Made by a program: the position numbers and the translations under genes. From contig CAWCKW010000003.1 in the NCBI GenBank assembly GCA_963796285.1, forward strand, positions 160,001-224,000: DNA of 64,000 bases, written 5' to 3'. The notes beneath the pieces were generated by a model that was given only the letters and a program-made list of their open reading frames with translations, made no database searches and was not told the origin of the DNA. The stretch is from Nitrospirota bacterium (GTDB lineage: Bacteria > Nitrospirota > UBA9217). Positions 1 to 11,408 of this stretch are shown here, in pieces (position 1 is the first letter of the stretch; every line of letters starts with the position of its first letter).

Positions 1-570
<570 letters not shown>

Positions 571-573
571 ACC

Positions 574-642
574 GATTGCGGATTACAGGATTTCGGAATG
601 CGGATTTACACTCTGTTATGCCCTCTGAAATCTCGAAATTGA
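574..642. repeat. 7-nt periodic imperfect palindromic element (GATTGCG units)
   Basis: gattgcg gattacag gatttcg gaatgcg gattt ... tctgaaa tctcgaaa in the murA-hisD spacer. Confidence 0.6.
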
Positions 643-652
643 AGGGGTTTGT

Positions 653-1945
653 ATGAAGATCATCGACTCACAGCAAAATGACATCGTCTCCGAGCTCAAG
701 CGCATCATCAACCGCGGCGAGACCGCGACCGAGGAAGTCGCCATTGTCGTGAAAGAGGTCGTCGAGCGCGTCCGCAAGCAGGGCGACCCGGCAGTGCTCG
801 AATATACCGAGAAGTTCGACCGGGTGACCCTCGCGCTCAAGGACCTCAAGGTCTCTCCTGAGGAGATCAGGGATGCCTATACCAGGGTCGAGACGAAGAA
901 GGTGGACGCGCTCAAGGTTGCGGCGCAGAACATCCGCGCTTTCCATGAAAAGCAGAAGATCAGCACCTGGGTCAACCAGGAGGCCGACGGCGTTATCCTC
1001 GGCCAGCTTGCGCGGCCGATCCGGAGCGTCGGCGTCTACGTACCCGGCGGCAAGGCGTGCTATCCGTCTTCTGTGCTGATGAATGTCATTCCCGCCACGG
1101 TGGCCGGCGTTGAACAGATCGTGATGTGCTCGCCCGTGCCGGGCGGCGTTTTGAACCCCTACATCCTCGTTGCCGCTGATATCGCGGGTGTACGCGAGAT
1201 CTACAAGATCGGCGGCGCGCAGGCCGTCGCGGCGATGGCCTACGGCACGGCCACGATCCCCAAGGTCGACAAGATCGTAGGGCCGGGCAATATCTATGTG
1301 GCCACAGCCAAGCGGTACGTTTTCGGCCAGGTGGACATCGACATGATCGCTGGACCGAGCGAGATCCTGATCATTGCTGACGGCTCGGCGAATCCGGTGT
1401 TCGTGGCCTCGGACCTGCTGTCGCAGGCGGAACACGATGAGCTTGCATCCTCGATCCTGGTCACCACCTCCCGGGAACTGGCGGAAAAAGTCGTCGTAGA
1501 GGTCGAAGTTCAGCTCGCGAACCTGAGCAGGAAGGAGATCGCGCGCAAGGCCATCGACAGGTTTGGTGCGATAGTACTCGTGAAAACGCTGCAGGATGCC
1601 GCTGAGGTCTCTAATTCCATCGCGCCCGAGCATTTGGAGCTTGCCGTCGAGAAGCCCTTCGAGCTGCTCGCATCGATCAAGAACGCCGGCGCCATATTTC
1701 TCGGCCACTACACCCCCGAGTCCGTGGGCGATTACATAGCCGGTCCAAACCATGTACTGCCGACGGGCGGCACGGCCAGGTTCTTCTCGCCCCTGTCCAC
1801 GGACAGCTTCATGAAAAAATCCAGCCTCATCTTCTACACGAAGGAGGGCCTGGACAAGGTGGCTGAGTCCGTGATACAGATCGCGGACGTGGAAGGACTT
1901 GAAGCCCATGGAAACACGATCAAGGTGAGGATGGGGAAAAAATAA
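653..1945 (+). CDS. hisD: histidinol dehydrogenase
   Basis: GVYVPGG, YPSSVLMN, DMIAGPSE, SQAEHD, APEHLE, GPNHVLPT motifs. Confidence 0.98.
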   Translation: MKIIDSQQNDIVSELKRIINRGETATEEVAIVVKEVVERVRKQGDPAVLEYTEKFDRVTLALKDLKVSPEEIRDAYTRVETKKVDALKVAAQNIRAFHEKQKISTWVNQEADGVILGQLARPIRSVGVYVPGGKACYPSSVLMNVIPATVAGVEQIVMCSPVPGGVLNPYILVAADIAGVREIYKIGGAQAVAAMAYGTATIPKVDKIVGPGNIYVATAKRYVFGQVDIDMIAGPSEILIIADGSANPVFVASDLLSQAEHDELASSILVTTSRELAEKVVVEVEVQLANLSRKEIARKAIDRFGAIVLVKTLQDAAEVSNSIAPEHLELAVEKPFELLASIKNAGAIFLGHYTPESVGDYIAGPNHVLPTGGTARFFSPLSTDSFMKKSSLIFYTKEGLDKVAESVIQIADVEGLEAHGNTIKVRMGKK

Positions 1946-1947
1946 TT

Positions 1948-2010
1948 ATTGGAAATTGAATAGTTGGAAATTTAAAATTTACAATTTCCAATCTTCAATC
2001 TCCAATTACT
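1948..2010. repeat. 7-nt periodic palindromic element (ATTGGAA / TTCCAAT units)
   Basis: attggaa attgaat agttggaa ... ttacaat ttccaat cttcaat ctccaat in the hisD-hisG spacer. Confidence 0.65.
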
Positions 2011-2041
2011 TGCGCCAAAAGTAATCACATGAGGAGGCCAC

Positions 2042-2962
2042 ATGCCTGTAAAATCCAAAAAACAATCACCAAAAGCAACGACTCCCGCAAGTCAGAAGCT
2101 CAAGCTCGGCCTGCCCAAGGGCAGCCTGCAGGAGTCGACCTTCAAGCTTTTCGACAAGGCAGGATACCGCGTGCAGGTCAGTTCGCGCAGTTACTACCCG
2201 ACCATCGATGACGCGAACATCGACTGTACCCTCGTCCGGGCGCAGGAAATGGCGCGTTATGTCGATATCGGCATTTTCGATGTAGGCCTTACGGGCAAGG
2301 ACTGGATCCTCGAGCAGAACGCCGATGTGGTCGAGGTTGCCGAGCTCCGCTATGCCAAGGGCGGGTTGAATCCGGTGCGCTGGGTCGTGGCCGTGCCTGA
2401 GGATTCGAAGATCAAAACCATCAAGGACCTGAAAGGCAAGCGCATCGCCACGGAGCTCGTGGGCTATACAAAGCGTTATCTCAAATCCAGGGGAGTCACT
2501 GCCGAGATCGAGTTCTCCTGGGGCGCCACAGAGGTGAAGCCTCCCCGCCTGGCCGACGCGATCGTGGAACTCACCGAGACCGGCAGCTCGCTCCGCGCGA
2601 ACAATCTTCGCATCATTGAAGTGATGCTTGAGTCCACTACGCGGCTCGTCGCGAACAAGAAGGCCTGGAGCGACCCCTGGAAACGGAAGAAGATCGAGAA
2701 CATGGCCATGCTGCTCCAGGGTGCGCTCGCGGCCGAGGAAAAGGTCGGCCTCAAGATGAACGCGCCCAGGGCGCACCTGCAGGAGATCTGCGGTCTCCTC
2801 CCCTCCCTGCATGCGCCGACGATCTCTCAGCAGACCGACCCGGCGTGGGTCAGCCTGGAAGTGATCCTCGACGAAAAGCAGGCCCGTGACCTGATCCCCC
2901 GGCTCAAACGCCGCGGAGCATCGGGGATCGTGGAATATCCGCTGAACAAGGTGATTTCGTAA
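2042..2962 (+). CDS. hisG: ATP phosphoribosyltransferase, long form with C-terminal regulatory domain
   Basis: [36 protein letters not shown]; C-terminal GLKMN...PTIS...GASGIVEYP domain; SD gaggagg. Confidence 0.97.
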   Translation: MPVKSKKQSPKATTPASQKLKLGLPKGSLQESTFKLFDKAGYRVQVSSRSYYPTIDDANIDCTLVRAQEMARYVDIGIFDVGLTGKDWILEQNADVVEVAELRYAKGGLNPVRWVVAVPEDSKIKTIKDLKGKRIATELVGYTKRYLKSRGVTAEIEFSWGATEVKPPRLADAIVELTETGSSLRANNLRIIEVMLESTTRLVANKKAWSDPWKRKKIENMAMLLQGALAAEEKVGLKMNAPRAHLQEICGLLPSLHAPTISQQTDPAWVSLEVILDEKQARDLIPRLKRRGASGIVEYPLNKVIS

Positions 2963-2977
2963 CTGTGATTGGAACAC

Positions 2978-3010
2978 AAAAGGCGGCCCACAAGGCCGCC
3001 TTTTTCTTTT
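2978..3010. terminator. bidirectional intrinsic terminator
   Basis: aaaaggcggcc-cacaa-ggccgcc-tttttctttt between convergent hisG and the GGDEF gene. Confidence 0.85.
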
Positions 3011-3032
3011 CTGCCGAAAGTTCCTTCGCGTC

Positions 3033-4803
3033 TTATATAATCGAATACTTCGGCTTGTCCTTTTTTTGTTCGTACATCGACGTATCCGCCCGGATCAGCA
3101 GATCATCGAGGGAACATGGACGGGACGGGTCGTAATAGCCGACTCCCACACTCAGTGACAGCTTATAGCGTCTGCTCATTGAATTATTATACGTACCCAC
3201 GTTTTTTTGCAACCGGGCAACGATCAGATCGGTACTGTCTGTGGTTGTCCCTACGGGGACGACCGCAAATTCATCCCCGCCGATTCGGGCTATGATATCG
3301 ACATTTCGACACGTTTCTTTCAGAATTCCGGCAACCGCTATTAATGCCCTGTCTCCTTCCTGATGGCCCAGGGTATCGTTAATCACCTTTAAACCGTCCA
3401 TGTCGGCCGAAAGCACATACAAATCTCTCTTCAAGCGACTGGCCAGGTTCAACTCGCGTTCCGCGAGCGCGTAGAATCCTCGCCGATTGTTCAGGCCGGT
3501 CAGCTCATCCGTAATTGAAAGTTCGCGGAGTCGCTCTTCCATGCGTTTGCGCTCGGTTACATCCCTGAGTATCCCCTTGATGCCGAGAAAATTGCCATTC
3601 TTGTCCTCTATTACCATGCTCGACGACTCAAGTTCGATTGGTTCTCCATATTTGCTCTTCGCTCTCATGTGGTAGGCGCTCAACGCTTTTTTCAAATACA
3701 ACTGTTTTCTGAAAGCGTCTCTGTCCTTCGGATCTCTCCAGTATTCCAACGCGTTCCTCCCGATCATGTCGCGGGGACTCTCATGTCCGAAAATCTTTGC
3801 GCCCGCGAGGTTCATGAGAACGAATACGCCGTCGGCGTTTACTTCATATATGCCATCAAGGGAGGAGTCAACGAGGTTTTTGTACTTCGCTTCGGTCTTA
3901 CGATAGTCCGCTTCCGCAATATCGCGCTCGGCATGTGCGCGGTCTATTTCATCTCCGATTGATTTTGATATTTTAGATATTAACACGCCAACCAAAATTA
4001 TCGACAGGAACGCAATTGCAGAGGCGATCAGCGCGGGATTGCCCGCTCTGCTGAATGTGGTCTCATACATCAAACCATCGATCAGGACAAAAATGACGAT
4101 AGACGGAAGGAACGCCCTCATCAACCGGCTGCGGACTGTCGGCCCTATAAAGCCCCTGACCGGCGAAACCGTCGGCCCTGCCGCGGCTATCAGTCCGAGG
4201 GCCATGAGCACAAAAGCAATCGCGGTTGGAAGAGCGACAGGTATTATGTTTCCGCCGTACAAGAGAGGCGTGCCGTGCAAATAGCCGAGAATGACGATGA
4301 ACCCTATCGAACCAACCGCCATCGCCGGAAAAGCCGCGGCTTGTTTTAACCATTGTCTGCCTTCTGAATAGACCAGAAACAGGACTCCCAGTCCTGTTAA
4401 AAAAAAAAGCCACGGCCGTGATTGGAGACATATGGCCGGATGGAATAGTGGTCATGGATGGGGCTGCTTCAATTCCAAGGCGTTCGACTTCACTGGATAT
4501 GCCGAAAATAAAGAGGATGAGGATTGTCAGACAAATTAAGACAGTCAGGCATGCGCACAGGACCGCTGTCAATCGTCCCGCAGAACTTCGGGGGTCGCGA
4601 CCAAATACCAGCAATGACGCGCTCAGCATGCAGAAGCAGACTGCAGTGCTCGGAGCTATCGGCACATAATCCGTTCTGATCATCGTGACGATGAACGAGC
4701 CTGAGATCCAGCCCAGCAGGGAAACAGTGCTGATGAGCAGGACGGAAAGAAAGCTCCATCGGGCCATACGTTTTAATTCAATCTCTTGCGCGTCAAGCGA
4801 CAT
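3033..4803 (-). CDS. membrane-bound PAS-GGDEF diguanylate cyclase, split by a frameshift at a T10 tract (4399-4408)
   Basis: ORFs 4063-4803 and 3033-4322 join into 589 aa if T10 becomes T9; several TM helices, PAS, TDELTGLNNRRGF, RNVD I-site, GGDEF. Confidence 0.88.
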
Positions 4804-5130
4804 TCACACCACTCCATAGCTTTCAGTCTGTCGTTTATCATCCTTATTATGGTTCATGGTCCTGCATCCCTCTTAAGCCTCTGGGAACCTGCCAAATATA
4901 ATTGAATAAGGACGGCGTCATCGGGACTATCTTTGAAATAAGGTCGCTTCTCGATCCTTGAAATGTTGCGATACCCCTCTCTGCAGAGAACGTCCCATAA
5001 GTATAGCAAAAACATGCATGAATTGTCATCGAATTCCCGGTCATACGGTCTTCATAACCGTTATCATCGACAAAGAAGGTTACCTTTTTTTACTCACGTT
5101 GGGTAGAATATGACTCATAAGCCACCAGAT

Positions 5131-5158
5131 AAAAAAAGCGGCCATCTGGCCGCCTTTT
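5131..5158 (-). terminator. intrinsic terminator of the DUF255 gene
   Basis: aaaaaaagcggcca-tc-tggccgcctttt hairpin with T-tract on the minus strand. Confidence 0.7.
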
Positions 5159-5187
5159 GTTCTGTGCAAACCGCGCAGCAGCTTTTT

Positions 5188-7029
5188 TTAATCCCTTCCC
5201 GACTTTGTGACAGCGTCTTTGAGACCGGTTTTCAGGCCATCTGCCGATGTGATCGGCGCTGAACACCGCTTCCCGACACAGAGGTAAACAGCTTCCCGGA
5301 GCGGGTAGTTGAGTTTCTTGATCGCCTTCGCTTCCTCTGAAAGCGAAAGCACGCGTACGGTCTTCTCCGGAACAAAGAGACGGTTGATCGTTGACAGATA
5401 GTTCCGGGCCCCTTCGCCGTCCGCAAGTATGATGATCTGAACGGGTTCGCCCACGATCCAAAGCAGCATGGCACCATAGGTCCCTGCCTGAGGAGGGAAT
5501 TTTTCGTATTCTCTCGAGATGCTCGATGTAACAATATCACGGACGACCTTCAGCTTGTCGTATTCTCCGGTAAAACCAAGCCTGCTCAGAAAACGGACCG
5601 CCCGGTAGTTGGCAAGATTCTCATTTATCTCCGACAAGACCCCCGCCGTGACCGGCTTCTTGATCGGCGCGTCGGGGTTGGCACGGAGCCGCTTCGTCGA
5701 CCTTTCATAGCGGCTGCTCACCAGCCGGCCTAAGTCTTGCGCTGTCAGCAGATAACGCCTTTCTCCCGTTGTATTGTACAGATCGAGCATGGCTGATCCA
5801 AAGAGCGCATTGTCCGACAGAAGCCCCTTGAGAGACGGCACTCCGTTATGGAAGGCGTGGAAGACACCTTCGTCCCCGGCTGACATGTTCCGGAGCAGGA
5901 ACGCTGCGCTCTTTACGGCCATGTCAAGATACAGTTTCTCTCCGGTCGCGTTGTACGCAGCAACGAGAGCGCTGATCATGAGAGAGGAGGAATCGGCATA
6001 GGTCGTTTTATCAACAAAAGGCGGCCTCAGGCCTTTCCGGTCCTGCTTTTTGTAGTAACTCTCATCAGCGTCCTGGCTGCCATACAACGCGCCGCTTGCG
6101 GGGTCGTACAGCCTGGCCTGCACGAACCGTATGCTCTCGCGGACGACAGGGAGATACTCATTGCTGTTGAACACCAGTGATGCATCAGCGTAGTTCCTGA
6201 TCAGACCGGCGTTCACCTCGAGCATCTTTTCAAAGTGCGGCTCGGACCAGTCCGGCTTTGTGGCGTAGCGGAAAAAGCCTCCCTCGACCTTATCATAGAG
6301 CCCGCCATTTGCCATCCCATCGAGGGTCTTCTGGACGATCTTTTTTATACTCGCGTCCTTGTTCCGCGCATACCGGGAAAGCAGGAAGTCGATCGCGTCC
6401 GGATTCGGAAACTTCTGGCTGTGTCCGAAGCCCCCATGGATGTCGTCAAAGGAATTTTTCAGGACCTCCGTGATCTTATCGAGTTCGCCCTTGTCCGGCA
6501 GACTCCTCAGGCCGGTCTCTCGAATGCGGCCGAGCTCCTTCATCGCTTTAAACTCTTCGAGCCGGTCTGCGATCGTGCTGCGATCCGTGCTGAACAGCGT
6601 CGCGACGCGTTTCAACCGCGGGAGCATTTCCTCCGGTGGAATATAGCTCCCGCCGCTGATCACCTCTCCCTGCGGTGTAAGAATGGCGGTGCTTGGCCAA
6701 CCACCCTGGTTGTACAGCGTATCGATATCAGGACGCAGATCGGAATCGACCCGGACGGGGATGAAATGCTCATTGATATACGCGATGATCTCGTCGTTCG
6801 AGTACGTGGTCTCGTCCATCACATGACACCAGTGGCACCAGACCGCGCTGAGCGAGAGCAGGACGAGCCTGTTCTTCTTTCGCGCCTCCTCCAGCGCCTC
6901 GGGCCCCCAGCTCCTCCACTGGACCAGGTGCGCCTTGTTCGGCCGGGGCGAAAAACGAAAGTCCGACGCCATCGCATGGTGAGAAACGAGAACGATACTG
7001 CAAACAAGAATTATGAAGAGCCTTTTCAC
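5188..7029 (-). CDS. exported thioredoxin-domain / alpha-alpha toroid protein (DUF255, YyaL/SSP411-like)
   Basis: WCHWCHVMDE, GGWPST, GGFG..QKFP, GGFFRY...W..PHFEKML; GTG start at 7029 with SD and signal peptide ending AMA. Confidence 0.88.
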   Translation of the reverse strand: MKRLFIILVCSIVLVSHHAMASDFRFSPRPNKAHLVQWRSWGPEALEEARKKNRLVLLSLSAVWCHWCHVMDETTYSNDEIIAYINEHFIPVRVDSDLRPDIDTLYNQGGWPSTAILTPQGEVISGGSYIPPEEMLPRLKRVATLFSTDRSTIADRLEEFKAMKELGRIRETGLRSLPDKGELDKITEVLKNSFDDIHGGFGHSQKFPNPDAIDFLLSRYARNKDASIKKIVQKTLDGMANGGLYDKVEGGFFRYATKPDWSEPHFEKMLEVNAGLIRNYADASLVFNSNEYLPVVRESIRFVQARLYDPASGALYGSQDADESYYKKQDRKGLRPPFVDKTTYADSSSLMISALVAAYNATGEKLYLDMAVKSAAFLLRNMSAGDEGVFHAFHNGVPSLKGLLSDNALFGSAMLDLYNTTGERRYLLTAQDLGRLVSSRYERSTKRLRANPDAPIKKPVTAGVLSEINENLANYRAVRFLSRLGFTGEYDKLKVVRDIVTSSISREYEKFPPQAGTYGAMLLWIVGEPVQIIILADGEGARNYLSTINRLFVPEKTVRVLSLSEEAKAIKKLNYPLREAVYLCVGKRCSAPITSADGLKTGLKDAVTKSGRD

Positions 7030-7364
7030 TGGGATACGCCTTTCTCCGTGTACCTTCCATCTCGATAGAGAAGCATGCATGGACGGAGGTAATGAATCGT
7101 TGTTCAATGATACTCCATTGCCTGCGAGAAATGAAGCACCATCTATGCGTCTTTCATTATTGATCACAGCCAGATAAGTCTACATGATCTCTCCGGGCAA
7201 AGGACTGAAAACTACTATTTGAAAGATTGTTATTATGATATAGCTAGTTGGCAAATAGTTCTTCCTGTATCACGCAGAGTTCTCATTCTTCAAAACACAT
7301 CAAGTTTCATTCTGTATCTGTTACCATGTGCCCATAAAATACCTCTTATCCCCATTCGATCTCG

Positions 7365-7393
7365 TTGACATCATGGAAGAGAAGGCATATATT
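7365..7393 (+). promoter_or_regulatory. sigma70-type promoter
   Basis: TTGACA-N17-TATATT upstream of the 7511 gene. Confidence 0.6.
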
Positions 7394-7510
7394 TGTTTCA
7401 ACGAATGCTGGAAAAACGATCGAATATCAGGATCACTTAGCTAAGCACTCATTTATTGGTGTTGAGTAGGGTCCTCTCAATCACTGGTTCGCTAACAAAG
7501 GAGAAAAGAG

Positions 7511-7786
7511 ATGGGATGCCTAATTGCAGTTGTCGCCTTGGCTGCGCCCCGGGTACTGATAGTCTTCGCCTTTCTGTTGACGGACTGGTTCGGACGTGCA
7601 TTTCAGACCAGCGTGTGGCCGATCTTGGGATTCGTGTTCATGCCGTATACTACGCTCGCTTATATGGCGGCTATGCTGAACAACAATCACACGGTGTCAG
7701 GTGGCTGGCTGGTGCTTCTTGTTGTAGCCATTGTCGTCGATGCTGGACATTGGGGTGGTGGTGGAGCTACCTATCGTCGAAGATGA
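7511..7786 (+). CDS. small multi-pass membrane hypothetical protein
   Basis: 91 aa, three hydrophobic segments, SD aaggag; WPILGFVFMPYTTLAY. Confidence 0.75.
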   Translation: MGCLIAVVALAAPRVLIVFAFLLTDWFGRAFQTSVWPILGFVFMPYTTLAYMAAMLNNNHTVSGGWLVLLVVAIVVDAGHWGGGGATYRRR

Positions 7787-8249
7787 CGCGGAAGTGAGTC
7801 GCGGAATCTACGAACCCTGCGGCAAACGACTGAGCAACGCGGAACGCAGAAAATGGCGAACCAGAGGTTCTTCCTGAACGGTTGCAATTGCAGTAAATCG
7901 AAAAACCAATAGTACCCTTAGACTTGCTTGTCTTTATACGGACATTCTCATATGGAGATTTGATGAGCGATCGATTGAAATCTACCTTAAAGTATTTCGG
8001 GATAGTACTTCTTGGGCTTTTTCTTGGCGCATTTCTTATAAAAACCCTTGAAATGTTTCTTCACGCGCTCTAGCAATCGAAACGTTTCATGCACTTTGCT
8101 TCCTGAAGCCCACAGCAGTTGAATAATTTGGAATTTACGGACTTCATGTCGAATTCGTGATAGCAAACCCAAATAATATTTGACTGTCCATTGCTTTTTT
8201 GTAAAAATATGCAACTACCCTTCGACTCGATTTCTCTGACCATTCAACC

Positions 8250-8408
8250 AGACTCGATCTCGTGATCGTGAAAAAGATGCTCACTATGATGAACAGTACG
8301 ATCACGTTGAAGAGCCGGACAGACGAAGGGACTATTGTAGAGATATTCATTCCTAAAAAAATGACCGAGAGATCTCAGTTTCTCTCTGATTGTGACTATA
8401 TATGGTAA
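8250..8408 (+). pseudogene. 3' remnant of a histidine kinase (HATPase G2 box to C-terminus)
   Basis: Reads RLDLVIVKKMLTMMNSTITLKSRTDEGTIVEIFIP...W*; its end overlaps the ATG of the downstream regulator. Confidence 0.6.
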
Positions 8409-9885
8409 CGAAGCCAATTGCGGTGCTGCTCATAGAAGACGATCCTGGTGACGCGGTTCTTATCCAGCGGCACTTGTCCAATAAGCAGAACGTTCATTAC
8501 GAAGTGACGCGTGTTGACCGGCTGAGTAACGGGCTGGCTTGCTTACAGAAAAGCGGTTTCGACGTCGTGCTTCTGGACCTCGGTTTGCCGGACTCGGCGG
8601 CGGGCTTCGGCGGTTTTGAAACGGTGCATGTGTATGCGCCCGACGTCCCCATAATCGTTCTGACTGGCTACGATAATGATGAATTCGCTATCGAGGCTGT
8701 TGAGAAAGGCGCTCAGGACTATCTTGTAAAAGGCCAGATCACCGACGTTATGCTGGGGCGCTCTATACGCTATGCTATCGGACGCCAGAAACTGCTCACG
8801 CAACTGGAACATTCCGCAAAGGAAATACAGGAGCGCAAGGGGACGGAAGAGTCGCTCCGGAGCGCGTATGCGGAAATCAAGCAGTTAAAGGACCGGTTCC
8901 AGGCTGAGAACATCTACCTGCAGAAGGTGATCGCCAGGGAATACAACTTCGGCGAGATCATCGGGCAAAGCAATGCTCTCGAGTATGTGTTCTTCAGGGT
9001 CGAACAGGTGGCGCCCCAGGATGCGACCGTTCTTCTCCTTGGCGAGACCGGCACCGGCAAGGGAGTGGTGGCCCGCGCCATCCACGGCAAGAGCAGCCGC
9101 AAGGACCGGCCCATGATAACGGTCAACTGCTCGGCGCTCCCGGCGAACCTCATCGAAAGCGAGCTCTTCGGGCGGGAAAAGGGCGCGTTCACCGGGTCCA
9201 ATGCCCGGCAGATCGGGCGCTTCGAACTGGCCGACGACGGCACCATGTTCCTCGACGAGATCGGCGAGATGCCGATGGACCTGCAGACCAAGCTGCTCAG
9301 GGTCATCCAGGACGGCGAGTTCGAGCGGCTGGGCAGCCCCCACACCATCAAGGTCAATGTGCGGATCATCGCGGCCAGCAACCGGAATCTGGAGGAGGAG
9401 ATCCGGAACGGCAGGTTCCGGGAAGACCTGTTCTACCGGCTGAATGTTTTCCCCATCACGATCCCGCCGCTCCGGCAGCGCAAGGAGGACATCCCGCTTC
9501 TCGTCGATCATTTTGTCGCCAAATTCAACAAGAAAACAGGCAAGAAGATCGAGACCGTGTCGAAAGAGACCCTGAACGCCCTCCAGGAATACCACTGGCC
9601 CGGCAACGTGCGCGAGCTGGAGAGTGTCATCGAGCGGGCGGTGATCACGAGCCAGGGGAGCGGCGTTGCAGGTACTGGACCGGTTCGTGAATTCCCGGAA
9701 GGCCGGTGAACAGGAGGCGCGGGACGGCAAAGGCCCTTGCCGAGCTGGAACACGACCACATCCTCCAGGTGCTCCAGAAAACCGGTTGGCGGATCGAGGG
9801 GAAAAACGGCGCAGCGGCGATCCTCGGTCTCAACCCCAGCACGCTTCGCGGCCGGATGCGGAAATACGGCATCCGCCGTTCATAA
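8402..9885 (+). CDS. REC-AAA+-HTH sigma54-dependent response regulator, frameshifted near 9655-9735
   Basis: REC ([13 protein letters not shown]), [27 protein letters not shown]; Fis-type HTH ([22 protein letters not shown]) continues in another frame to 9885. Confidence 0.9.
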
Positions 9886-9938
9886 ATACAGTTTCTTTCT
9901 AGAAAAACCTTGCCGCTCAAGCGAAGTGTTGTGTCTAA

Positions 9939-9995
9939 GTTTCAACCTGTATTTGTTAGTCGTTTGGATTATCTAAGAGTACACAGTAGTAGGTG
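9939..9995 (+). repeat. left copy of a degenerate 57-bp direct repeat
   Basis: Blocks GTTTCAACC, GTA.TTG, AGTACA, GTAGGTG have the same spacing as in 16238-16294 (36/57 identical, ungapped). Confidence 0.5.
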
Positions 9996-10062
9996 CTACA
10001 GAGTAAACAACAAAACCCCAAAGGCATTGATTACTGCTGGTACTCACCAGTCATAAGGCTTC

Positions 10063-10900
10063 TTATTTCCCATGAAGTGTATCCATCCAACGTATCGCTT
10101 CTGTATCTGTTACCTTGCCGAGATAAACTTGCGTCGTTTTCAAATCGTGATGTCTGAGAAGAACCTTTGATATTATTTCCAAAGGTACACCATTACGACT
10201 GGCATACGTTGCGGAATGCCGCCGAAAATCATGAGGAGCAATCTTCACATTGAATTGGGCGCTAAGCCTCTTAATCATTGATCGAACGGTTGAATAGCAC
10301 ACAGAAAATAGTCTGTCATCTGGATTCAGACCTTTACTGCTGACATACTCAGCTATACGCTTGCAATTTGCTCTGGCATAAAAGCGATTTCTGCATCTTT
10401 GCCGGATTTCGGCTCTCTAATTATAAGCTTCCTGTCTGAAACGTCAGCAACTGTAAGCTTCAGGACTTCACCGACTCGCAAACCACATCTGCCTGTAGTT
10501 CCAGGATTAGCCTATCCCTCGTTGAAGTAGTTTTATAGATCAGCTCATCGACAAGTTCCTTGTCTAAGATCTTTTTGAGCATCTGTTTTGGCGTCCTGAA
10601 TTGTTTTGATAATAAGGTGTATGCACACGGGTTTTTAATATCCAGCGCGCATTCATCAATTACGTAGTTGAAAAAAGCTTTGACTTGCGCATACTTTAAT
10701 CGTCGAGTTGATCTTGATGCAGTCCCAACTATCGATTCAAGAAACCTTGATATATCATCGGGTGATATTGCATTCAGTGGCTGATCTGCAAAGCTGTACC
10801 GCAATTTAGAAAGCAAGTAGTTGTAACTGTGCTGCGTGCTCTGTTTCAGTGTTGACACGTGGTGGTATCTGAAGAAATTGATGCCCTCAAGAGTGTTCAT
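10063..10900 (-). pseudogene. tyrosine recombinase/integrase, frameshifted
   Basis: N-terminal domain and RDRLILELQA in 10460-10900; HDFRRH and LRHHDLKTTQVY catalytic motifs in 10063-10302; SD ggagg. Confidence 0.85.
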
Positions 10901-10951
10901 CGTATACCTCCTATATGAGATGGGCCTTCGGGGTTTTAATCAGCAGGGCGA

Positions 10952-10980
10952 TTGACAAGTCCTATAAAGAAGTATAAGCT
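10952..10980 (+). promoter_or_regulatory. possible sigma70 promoter divergent from the integrase, facing the kinase
   Basis: TTGACA-N17-TAAGCT. Confidence 0.45.
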
Positions 10981-11408
10981 AATTTAGTCGAGGATACTTC
11001 CCAATACATTGTGGTTTCCATTTTTAGAAACGGTCAATACTTCATCTGGAATTGATTGGCTTCCCACCCCGAAAATACCCCATTAGGATCGCGACAATTT
11101 CAGCCTTTTGAAATTGCAGAGTTCATCTGGAATCCGTTACCCGCCTTGGCTCGTGTCTCCCGCTCTTTGGTCCCCAATTCGACAACCAGAACAACATATC
11201 TCGACGAAATGGTGTTGCGGCGGTAATTTTGCAACATTTTGTCGATCAGGAAAAACGAAGCTTAAAATCAGGGTTTCCTTATGAAATAAAAGTATATACT
11301 CTGATATAATAAAGAATGCTGACATTCATTATATTACCTATGCATAATATTATTAGCGTTTTGCCCTGCAGACTGACTTGAGCATTGTTTCATGAAGGGG
11401 GAGATCAG

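Noticed and set aside
668-1909. Long antisense or alternate-frame ORFs (also 25315-26406, 27902-29257, 33777-35330, 53047-54408)
   Set aside because: They shadow well-supported genes on the opposite strand, as expected from GC-rich codon usage, and show no recognisable motifs.
7987-8350. Short minus-strand ORFs in the AT-rich gap
   Set aside because: No SD or family motifs; one overlaps the better-supported kinase stump on the plus strand.
9886-10062. tRNA or tmRNA attachment site next to the integrase
   Set aside because: No cloverleaf, T-loop GTTCGA or CCA-end fragment is visible on either strand.
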